64,000 bases of DNA from an uncultured Thermoleophilia bacterium (GTDB taxonomy: Bacteria; Actinomycetota; Thermoleophilia; UBA2241). The DNA lies in assembly GCA_963814545.1 (NCBI GenBank), contig CAWFDC010000019.1:229872-293871 (forward strand), read 5' to 3'. The translations under genes and the position numbers were made by a program. The notes under the pieces were generated by a model, which saw nothing but the letters and a program-made list of their open reading frames with translations, ran no database searches and was not told the origin of the DNA. Of this stretch, positions 20,758 through 28,387 are shown one piece after another (the stretch's first letter is position 1; the number at the start of each line of letters is the position of its first letter).

Positions 20758-20869
20758 ATGAGCAAGAAGAAAGGCCATCGCAAGTCACTGCCGACGAGTT
20801 GAGATTGAAGCCCAGCCGCACGGCTTACATGTCCTGGGGCAAGGGCCGCCGGCAGCCGCTGCGTTTCAG
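20758..20869 (+). pseudogene. Deletion remnant joining the start of a 24033-type gene to the middle of a 24490-type gene
   Basis: CCAGTTAG..ATGAGCAAGAAGAA matches 24019-24046. 20801-20869 (…KPSRTAYMSWGKGRRQPLRF) matches 24715-24788. About 690 bp present in copy 2 is missing here. Confidence 0.75.
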
Positions 20870-21787
20870 TCAGTCGCCAAACCGAGCATGCAGTTCTTCA
20901 GCCTGCTGGGCGAATTTGCGGGGGTTGTTTTTCTTGAGCCTCAGCAGATTCTGCAGCTTCCAGCGCACGGCGGGCAGTTCCGCGAGGTGCGCGCATCTCA
21001 TCAGACGCCAGTCCGGCGCTCCAGCCACCAGGTCCAGGAGAAACCGGCGGTGGTTATCGGTCAGCGCGGAAGGCAATTGGGACCTTAACTCGCTGCGGAC
21101 CGCAACCAGTTGATCGACCGCGATCGGCTGCCGCGTCAGGCCGATGAACTCCCGCTCGAAGGCGGCGGAGAGGTCGTGATCCCGAGAGAACAGCACTTCA
21201 TGCACCGGGCGGTTGTGTCCGGCCAGATAGCAGACGAAGCATTCCACCACGTCTTGGCTCAGCCTGCCTTTCTCGAACAGTCCAAGCAGGTCAAAGAGGT
21301 CGCGGGGATGCTGGCGATCCAAGGCGGCGACCAGCTTGCTCCCATACAACTCCGGAGTCGCCAACACAGGGGCAGTCCATTCCGTCGTGAACAGCCGGCG
21401 CGCTTCGGCACGAAGACTCCGTCGCTCGATGGGCAGAACCGCGCCGCGGAATACCTGGTTCACTTCCATTTTCACCTGATTGCGGCCGCGCCGGACAAAC
21501 AGTTTGATCTCCTGGCCTTCGCTCGTGGACGAGACTTCGGACTCGATTCCCATCTCGGCCAGGCGTGTTCGGGCCGTTCTCAGCGCCCTGGAGATAGACG
21601 CCAAAGCACCCGCGCGGGGCGCCTTGTAGTCAGTGTAGACCACGTCAACGTCCACGGACAGGCGCGGCATGTCCTTAACGAACAGGTTGATGGCCGTGCC
21701 TCCCTTCATCGCGAAAGTGGGCGTTTCAAGAACAACCGGGGCGGCTTCCAGAAGCAACCGAACAGTCTCGACGTAGGCTTTGTCCAT
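20870..21787 (-). CDS. AbiEii/AbiGii-family nucleotidyltransferase toxin (type IV TA)
   Basis: Start ATG 21787 (MDKAYVETVRLLLEAAPVVLETPTFAMKGGTAINLFVKDMPRLSVDVDVVYTDY…) is a typical AbiEii N-terminus. The start overlaps the AbiEi stop (TAATG). Confidence 0.85.
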   Translation of the reverse strand: MDKAYVETVRLLLEAAPVVLETPTFAMKGGTAINLFVKDMPRLSVDVDVVYTDYKAPRAGALASISRALRTARTRLAEMGIESEVSSTSEGQEIKLFVRRGRNQVKMEVNQVFRGAVLPIERRSLRAEARRLFTTEWTAPVLATPELYGSKLVAALDRQHPRDLFDLLGLFEKGRLSQDVVECFVCYLAGHNRPVHEVLFSRDHDLSAAFEREFIGLTRQPIAVDQLVAVRSELRSQLPSALTDNHRRFLLDLVAGAPDWRLMRCAHLAELPAVRWKLQNLLRLKKNNPRKFAQQAEELHARFGD

Positions 21788-22530
21788 TATGGCTTCAGAA
21801 CGAGCGTGGTCCCGTCTTTGAACCGGGCGGTCCAACGGCCGCGTCCCGGTCTTCCTCCTGCCGCCCTCCGGGCGGCGGCGGCCCACGGCAGATTGAGTTC
21901 CTGCGCCCAGAGCACGCAAAGCCGCCTCACCTTAACACGCTGGCAGTGTCTGAGTAGCACGGCCAGGATTTCAGGGCGCAATGAACGGACCCCTTCGAGA
22001 ATGTGGCGGGCTTCCTCGAGTCCCTGGTGGATACCCACTTCACTCAGCAGTTCGAGCACCGCCATTTCCGGCACGGAAACCAGAACTCCCTTGGGAGTCT
22101 CCGGCAGCGGCTGCAGTCCAAAGTCCCTGGCAAGGGAGCCCGCGAAGGGGCTGCGCGTCGTGTAGCGCGCGCGAAATCGTTCCACGAACCACTCCGGCAG
22201 CCGGGCCTTTTGCTCGCCCCACAGGCAAAGCGATTCTTGCGCCGGGACGTTGTGCCGCACGCCCCGCCACCCCAAAGCGGTCTTGCCACCGACATGGAAG
22301 CCGGGCAGGCGCCGAGCCAGGAACTCCAGGCAATCTGCCTCGCGGAGCGTGTCGTTGGGAAACATGAATACGCCGCGTCCCAGGCGCGCCAGCCAACCGG
22401 ACTTCGAGTAATGATGCGCGAGCGCCGACGACACGCCGATTCTGGCCAGATCGCGCTGGTCCAATGGCGCTCCGCGTGGGAACGTCCTTTGCAGCCGTTT
22501 GATTAGGCTGGAGCGCTTCGTTAAAACCAT
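21787..22530 (-). CDS. AbiEi-family antitoxin/transcriptional regulator
   Basis: MVLTKRSSLIKRLQRTFPRGAPLDQRDLARIGVSSALAHHYSKSGWLARLGRGVFMFP… is a winged-helix AbiEi-type N-terminus. Translationally coupled to the toxin gene. Confidence 0.8.
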   Translation of the reverse strand: MVLTKRSSLIKRLQRTFPRGAPLDQRDLARIGVSSALAHHYSKSGWLARLGRGVFMFPNDTLREADCLEFLARRLPGFHVGGKTALGWRGVRHNVPAQESLCLWGEQKARLPEWFVERFRARYTTRSPFAGSLARDFGLQPLPETPKGVLVSVPEMAVLELLSEVGIHQGLEEARHILEGVRSLRPEILAVLLRHCQRVKVRRLCVLWAQELNLPWAAAARRAAGGRPGRGRWTARFKDGTTLVLKP

Positions 22531-22646
22531 GCTTGAATTGTAGCGTCAGAATCAAGCAGATGGCAAGCGGTCAAACGACCTTGAGGATCGGGGTAGGCAG
22601 GACAGAATCGGTTCTTTCATGACAATACATGACACTTTACGGGGGA

Positions 22647-22746
22647 AACGTGCGTTAACGTGCGTGATGACCGTTCTGGATCATAATGCACGAAAGCTCC
22701 CTGTTGACGAAGGGATGACGCACGTTCACGCAGAAAAGACGCACGC
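22647..22746. promoter_or_regulatory. Direct/inverted 9-mer repeats upstream of abiEi (candidate operator or att-arm sites)
   Basis: AACGTGCGT at 22647-22655 and 22657-22665. Inverted ACGCACGTT at 22718-22726 and ACGCACGC at 22739-22746. TTGACG at 22704. Lies between the abiEi start (22530) and the tRNA fragment (22755). Confidence 0.4.
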
Positions 22747-22754
22747 CTGGGTTT

Positions 22755-22802
22755 GGTTTTGTAAACCGTCGGTCGTCGGTTCGAATCCGACAACTGGCTC
22801 CA
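22755..22802 (+). repeat. Duplicate of the 3' 48 nt of tRNA-Thr (att-like direct repeat)
   Basis: GGTTTTGTAAACCGTCGGTCGTCGGTTCGAATCCGACAACTGGCTCCA matches 18936-18983 at 47 of 48 positions (A/G in the T-loop). No 5' half of the tRNA is present. Confidence 0.92.
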
Positions 22803-22951
22803 AATCGTTTCGCTCCTGCGTCGCGAAACGATCCGGCCCGCTGCGCCGGGCCGGCACAGCCTGTTCCCCTTCATGCTCTTCCTGCTCTTCGTGGTGAGCC
22901 CAGACGAGGATTTGGATCGAGACTGGGACCGTTGACGTCCAGCCAGACTCG

Positions 22952-23695
22952 ATGGACATTGGCCGCGTCTGGAAAGGAGGATGCATGAATGAAGCAAGAG
23001 GAGTTGCGGACGAGAGCGGAGCGGCCAAAGAGGGCGATGGTATCGAGAGCACCCCCAGGACCTCGGCGAACGTTGTCCTTGTGGACCATCGAGAGACACG
23101 CAGCGGTGTTCTGACAGCGTTGGAACAAATCCCGGGCATTGCGGTCCGGGTCGAGCGACTCAAGTTGGGGGATTATCTGGTCAACAACTCCTGTGTGTTC
23201 GAGCGGAAAACTCTGTTGGACTTCGCCGAGTCCATCAAAGACGGACGCTTGTTCACGCAGGCCCGCCGGCTCGCTTCCTGGCCTGACCGGGCGGCCTTCA
23301 TCATCGAGGGAACAGCCCAGGACTTGAGTGGCAGTTCGATGCGGCGGGAAGCCTTGCAGGGGGCCGTCATCACACTCACGTTGATCTACGAACTTCCGGT
23401 CCTGCGATCGCATGACCCCGCGGAGACAGCGCGGTTGCTCGTCTATGCGGGCGACCAATTGCGCCGGCATGCGGACGGCGCCCTACCCCGGCACGGAAAG
23501 AGACCCAAAACGAGACGACGAGTCCAGTTGCGGCTGCTACAGGGCCTGCCCGGGATCGGGCCATCGCGCGCAACAGCCTTGCTCGAGCGGTTCGAGCGGG
23601 TCGAGGCCGTAATGACCGCCAGCGCCGAGTCCCTCCAAGCGGTGGACGGGATCGGCTCCAAGACCGCGGCGTCGATCCGGTGGGCGCTGGAATAG
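22952..23695 (+). CDS. ERCC4 (XPF/Mus81-type) nuclease with a C-terminal helix-hairpin-helix pair
   Basis: VLVDHRE…LGDYLV…FERKTLLDF (GDxn-ERKxxxD signature). FIIEG. C-terminal LLQGLPGIGPSRATALLERF…VDGIGSKTAASI. Alternative start ATG 22985 after GGAAAGGAGG. Confidence 0.82.
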   Translation: MDIGRVWKGGCMNEARGVADESGAAKEGDGIESTPRTSANVVLVDHRETRSGVLTALEQIPGIAVRVERLKLGDYLVNNSCVFERKTLLDFAESIKDGRLFTQARRLASWPDRAAFIIEGTAQDLSGSSMRREALQGAVITLTLIYELPVLRSHDPAETARLLVYAGDQLRRHADGALPRHGKRPKTRRRVQLRLLQGLPGIGPSRATALLERFERVEAVMTASAESLQAVDGIGSKTAASIRWALE

Positions 23696-24032
23696 AGCGT
23701 GGTTGTGCCCGCGCTGGTCCTGTCGAAGATCGCCAGCGTCTCTGTGGACTTCCCGGACGCGGCGGCGGCCATCCAGGTCTCGGGCACGTCCGGCCCCCGC
23801 CAGGAAGAGGCACAGCGCTTGGGACGCATCTTGTGGCCCAAGCCGGGCGAGAATCAGGCCCACTTCCACACGGTTGTTTCCCGCGACACCGTGGAACGAT
23901 AATTCGGCTTGAAATAGCAACCGTTTCTGTGCGAGCAAGGTTACGAATGCCGCGTCGGGACCCTGGACCGGCCGGATGAATCGCTGCCGGCAACTGCGCC
24001 GGGCGGGTGAATCAACAACACACCAGTTAGGG

Positions 24033-24482
24033 ATGAGCAAGAAGAAGCGAGTGCCCACGTTCGCCCGAGCGAAGCCGGTCGATCAGCCGCCGGTGTCGCC
24101 GATGAGGGAGAGCGTGCTCTCTGCAGCCCAGACCAACGCAGGCGCAGAGGTGGATCACATTTGCGGGCTTGCCTCCAGGGGGGAGTCCCGCGTCATCGGC
24201 TTCAGCAAGTTGGTGTTGTTTTCCACGGCGACGCGCGATGCCTGGTTGCTCGACTGGGAAGATGAACTGGCGATCTGCCTGATGAAGGATGGAATGCCCC
24301 GACCGTACGAGCTTGGCGAGACCGATCGCGCCTTCGCCATCCAATGGCGAGGTCGCTACCACATCGAGGGAGGACTGTTTGCGTACATCGACAACGCCAC
24401 GCCAACGCACGCGCGAGTGATTCAGGGCTATCCAACCGAGGCCATACTCGCCACAATCGAACGAATGAAACGCGGGATTTGA
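24033..24482 (+). CDS. Hypothetical protein (cassette gene 2)
   Basis: MSKKKRVPTFARAKP…WLLDWEDELAICLMKDG…IQWRGRYHIEGGLFAYIDN… No family recognised. Its start is duplicated at 20758. Confidence 0.6.
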   Translation: MSKKKRVPTFARAKPVDQPPVSPMRESVLSAAQTNAGAEVDHICGLASRGESRVIGFSKLVLFSTATRDAWLLDWEDELAICLMKDGMPRPYELGETDRAFAIQWRGRYHIEGGLFAYIDNATPTHARVIQGYPTEAILATIERMKRGI

Positions 24483-24489
24483 CGGCCCT

Positions 24490-24951
24490 GTGAACCGACA
24501 GCGACTCAAAGCCAAGACGATTGTCATTGCGAAGCAGCTTCTCGAAGCCAAGGGCTATGTCAGTGCCGTTGAGGTGCTGCTGGCCATGGGCCGGTTGTCC
24601 AAAGAGGACTATGAGCGATGGCGCTTCCGCCAAGTGCCGCATCTCGAAAAGGTTCTGCCCGGCAGCCTGAACGAGCACGCGTTCTTCTGTCGCGAATTGC
24701 GCGTCCACGCCCGCGAATTGAAGCTGAAGCCGAGCCGCACGGCTTACATGTCCTGGGGTAAGGGCCGCCGCCAACCGCTGCGTTTCACGAAGTACGGCGA
24801 TCCGCACGTCGAGGCCCTTTTCTCGACCCATTACGTCAGCACCGCAATCACTGATTCGCAAAGGGCCCGGCGCGCATGGATTCCGGCACCCCATTCCGCC
24901 ATGCCGTCTGGCGCTCAGTCCCCGTCCTTAGCCGATACGGACCAAGTCTAG
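24490..24951 (+). CDS. Hypothetical protein (cassette gene 3)
   Basis: MNRQRLKAKTIVIAKQLLEAKGYVSAVEVLLAMGRLSKEDYERWRF…KPSRTAYMSWGKGRRQPLRF… Begins 8 nt after gene 2. Its stop codon TAG overlaps the first bases of an H1 repeat. Confidence 0.6.
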   Translation: MNRQRLKAKTIVIAKQLLEAKGYVSAVEVLLAMGRLSKEDYERWRFRQVPHLEKVLPGSLNEHAFFCRELRVHARELKLKPSRTAYMSWGKGRRQPLRFTKYGDPHVEALFSTHYVSTAITDSQRARRAWIPAPHSAMPSGAQSPSLADTDQV

Positions 24952-25020
24952 CCCGCATTTCTCGCCAACTGTTGATGTCATCTGACCGGTCACCGTCCCA
25001 TTTCACCTGAAATGCGGGCT
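24950..25020. repeat. H1 hairpin repeat (solo copy)
   Basis: AGCCCGCATTTC…TGACCGGTCA…GAAATGCGGGCT. 12-bp perfect terminal stem plus a central 10-bp palindrome. Same orientation as the copies at 14228 and 42320. Confidence 0.9.
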
Positions 25021-25572
25021 CTCCCCGTTCACCGGATTGGTGAAGCGATCCACCGCACCGCTGCCGATGAAAGGACCGGCAAGGTTTGTCCACAGCATGC
25101 CCGGTGCGAGCGCGGGCGCGCTCTGCACCCAGTAGAAGGCGCCGGCCACTGAGGGCCAGGCGATTTCCACGCCGTTGGCCGCGAGTTGAATCGCCAGTGG
25201 CGGACCGGGCGGCGTGACGAAATCCAGGGCGTAGATCAGGTTCCCGCCCAATTCACTCGGAGTGTGCGTGGTGCCAACCAGCGTGGCCGCACCGGTCGTT
25301 GGCGACACGCGGTACAGCTTCCGTGTCGAAGCCGCCGCACTGCTCCAGTCGTGCGGCACGTCCACGACGCGCCAGTTCGAATCGTCGAAGCTGGCCTGCA
25401 TGGCCACCGGCTCATCGCCGCGATGGAAGCGACGCTCTGCGGCGAGGCGTGGCGTCGCGCCACGGGCGAGCAGGCCAACGCAAAAAGGGACCTTCTGAAC
25501 GCAAAATGGCAGTACTTCTTCGACGGCAATGCGGTAGAGTACGCGCGAGTGAAGCGCGCTCTTCGCTGTGCT
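25003..25572 (-). pseudogene. Chimeric gene remnant: GH2-like N-terminus, a short unrelated segment and a truncated C-terminal beta module
   Basis: The frame is open from 25572. …RRFHRGDEPVAMQASFDDSNWRVVDVPHDWS is the GH2 N-terminal signature. It is followed directly by KLYRVSPTTGAATLVGT…LIYALDF and PPLAIQLAANGVEIAW…FTNPVNGESPHFR*. The last four codons and the stop lie inside H1. Confidence 0.6.
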
Positions 25573-25785
25573 TCAGCAGTTGTCGCGGAAAGCACACAGG
25601 CTGGCATAGCATCAACAAGATTGAAACATTGAACGCGAGTTTGAATCGGTTCGCGAAACTGAATGGACCACAGACAGAAGCCATCGGGCTGAACACGACG
25701 CTCGCCTTCGACACACGCGAAGAGCACCGGGCGGAATTTGTCCTCATGCCAAACCAGCCGTGAAACCACTCAAAGAGACCAACCG

Positions 25786-28203
25786 ATGAAGACACTGATG
25801 AAAACCTCGTTCCTCCCTCTCGCCCTCGTAGCCCTCTTCGCCGCGCCGCTTCCGGCATTGGCCGCCGGCAAGGGCCAGCCGATGACGATCCCCGACTTCA
25901 CCAAAGGCGGCACCATTCCCGCAGGCGCAAAGCACGACTGGAATCTCGGCCCCACGGGGCTGCGCGGGTGGATGTTTTGCGACAAGATGGTGACCACCGA
26001 TGCGCGGCAGATTTCCATCACCAAAGTGGAGAAGGGTTCTCCCGCCGATGGCATCCTCGCGGTCGGGGACGTCATCCTTGGTGTCGGCGGCAAGCCGTTT
26101 TCCTACGACCCGCGCACCGAGTTCGGCAAGGCACTCACCACCGCCGAATCGGAAGCGGGCGGAGGAAAACTGACCGTGACCCGCTGGCGGGCTGGCAAAT
26201 CGGAGGAGGTCGTCGTCAAACTCCCGGTTCTCGGCACCTACAGCGCCACCGCACCCTACGACTGCCCGAAATCGAAGCGCATTCTCGAGCAAGGGTGCAA
26301 GGCGCTTGCCGCAAGAGTGGCGAAATCCTCGCATGAAGAGGATCCCATCGTGCGTTCCCTCAATGCGCTCGCCTTGTTAGCCAGCGGCGATCCCGCCTAC
26401 CTCCCGCTGGTCAAGAAGGAAGCCCAGTGGGCGGCGGGCTACTCGTCCGACTCGATGCAGACCTGGCACTACGGCTACGTCATGCATGCTGCTCTCCGAG
26501 TATGTGATGGCGACCGGCGACGAATCGGTCATGCCGGGCCTGCGGCGACTCGCGCTGGAAGCCGCCAAGGGTCAGAGCGCGGTCGGCTCGTGGGGCCACG
26601 GGTTCGCGAGACCCGACGGCCGCCTCGGCGGCTACGGGATGATGAACTCTCCGGGAGTGCCGCTGACCATTTCGCTGGTGATGGCCCGCGCGGCGGGCGT
26701 GAAAGACCCGGCGTTGGACCGCGCCATCGAACTCAGTGCCCGCTTGTTGCGATTCTACATCGGCAAAGGGGCGATCCCCTATGGCGATCATCATCCGTGG
26801 ATTGAGAACCACGACGACAACGGCAAGTGCGGAATGGCCGCCGTCCTGTTCAACCTGCTCGGCGAGGCGAAAGGCGCGGAGTTCTTCTCACGCATGAGCA
26901 TCGCCTCCCACGGACCGGAGCGCGACACCGGACACACCGGCAATTTCTTCAACATCCTGTGGTCGATGCCGGGCGTCGCCCAGTCCGGCCCCCATGCCAC
27001 GGGAGCCTGGATGCAGGAGTTCGGTGCCTGGTATTTCGACCTCGCACGGCGCTGGGACGGCACTTTCCTCCACCAAGGCCCGCCGGAGCTGGACGATGAC
27101 AGCTACGCGGGCTGGGACTGCACCGGCGGCTACCTGCTGGCCTACGCGATGCCGCTGAAGAAGATCTATCTGACCGGGAAACGCCCGGGCGTCGCCCCGC
27201 AGCTCGATGCCGCCGCGGCGCAAGCACTCATCCTCGATGGCCGCGGCTGGAGCAACAAGGACCGCAACAGCGCCTACGACAAGCTCAGCGAAGACCAACT
27301 CTTGGAACGCCTCGGCAGTTGGTCGCCAGTGGTCCGCGAGCGGGCCGCGATGGCGCTGGGCCGCCGCAAGGAGGTCCCCATTCCACCCCTGCTGAAAATG
27401 CTGGAGTCCCCCGCACTGGATTCCCGCTACGGCGCCTGCCAGGCCCTGATCGCCCTTCGCGGGCGTGGAGCGCCGGCCATTGAAGCACTGCGGAAATCAT
27501 TGGCGGAAAAAGACCTCTGGCTGCGCATCAAGGCGGCCGAGGCCCTGGCAAGCATCGGCGCCCCCGCCATGCAAGACGGTGCCGCAACTCCTTGAACTGC
27601 TGGCTCAGGTGGACAAGGAGAACGATCCGCGCGGCATGCAGCAGCGGTATCTTTCCTTCGCCCTTTTCGATGACGGCGGGATGCTGAGCCGGTCGCTTGA
27701 TGGAGTGGATCGCGAGGCGCTCTACAAGGCCGTGAGGGCCGGGCTCAGGAACCAGGACGGTCGCGCCGCGGGGCAGCATCGGATCGGTCTATCGCAATCT
27801 CTCCGCCGAAGACATCAAACCCTTGTTGCCCGCCATCTATCAGGCGATCATCGAACCCGCTCCGAGCGGAGAGATGTTCGCCGACTCGATTCGCGTGGAG
27901 GGGCTCCGCCTCTTGGCCAAACATCGGATCGAGGAAGGAATCAGCGCCTGCGTGAACTACACCCGCGATCAGAATCCATGGGCCAGCGAGCATCGGACAC
28001 CTGAATTGATGAAAGTCCTGCTCAGCTACGGGGCCCACGCGAAGTCGGTCATTCCGGAACTGACAAAGATCGCCGACTACTTCGAAAAGGACGAAAAGGA
28101 CTTTCCCAAGGAGCTGATGCTCATGAAGGCCAAGTGCGTCCGCGAAACGATCCGTGCGATTGAAGCCTCGACGGACTCCCCGGAACTCATCCGCCTCAAG
28201 TAG
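25786..28203 (+). pseudogene. Secreted PDZ - alpha/alpha-toroid-like - HEAT-repeat protein, three frame breaks
   Basis: Signal peptide MKTLMKTSFLPLALVALFAAPLPALAA. PDZ segment (ISITKVEKGSPADGILAVGDVILGVGGKPF). Protein continuity runs across track ORFs 25738, 26486, 27465 and 27823. Breaks at 26482-26489, ~27572 and ~27768. Confidence 0.75.
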
Positions 28204-28387
28204 TATGAAACCCCTCCTTCGCACCATGCTGCTGCTCGTGCCAGCGGCAGCCCTGAAAACGATAGGGATGAAGCCGGCTCCTGAGCGCGCGCTCAGGGTG
28301 TGGCCGTATGCGAAGAGCGAGTGGGTGGGGCCTCGGTCGTTGGGCCAAGCCGACTAATCACCGGGACGTCGTCTACCCTGCATCCCC

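Noticed and set aside
18984-25020. Search for an integrase/recombinase gene in or next to the tRNA island.
   Set aside because: No ORF on either strand shows tyrosine-recombinase (R…HxxR…Y) or serine-recombinase features. The long ORFs 19344..20411(-) and 19874..20821(-) are compositional shadows of the plus-strand frames.
28154-28357. Small ORF with a signal-like segment (MKPLLRTMLLLVPAAALKTIG…) between the PDZ/HEAT pseudogene and the transporter.
   Set aside because: It is about 50 codons from the internal Met, has no homology cue and overlaps the end of the upstream pseudogene. The support is insufficient.
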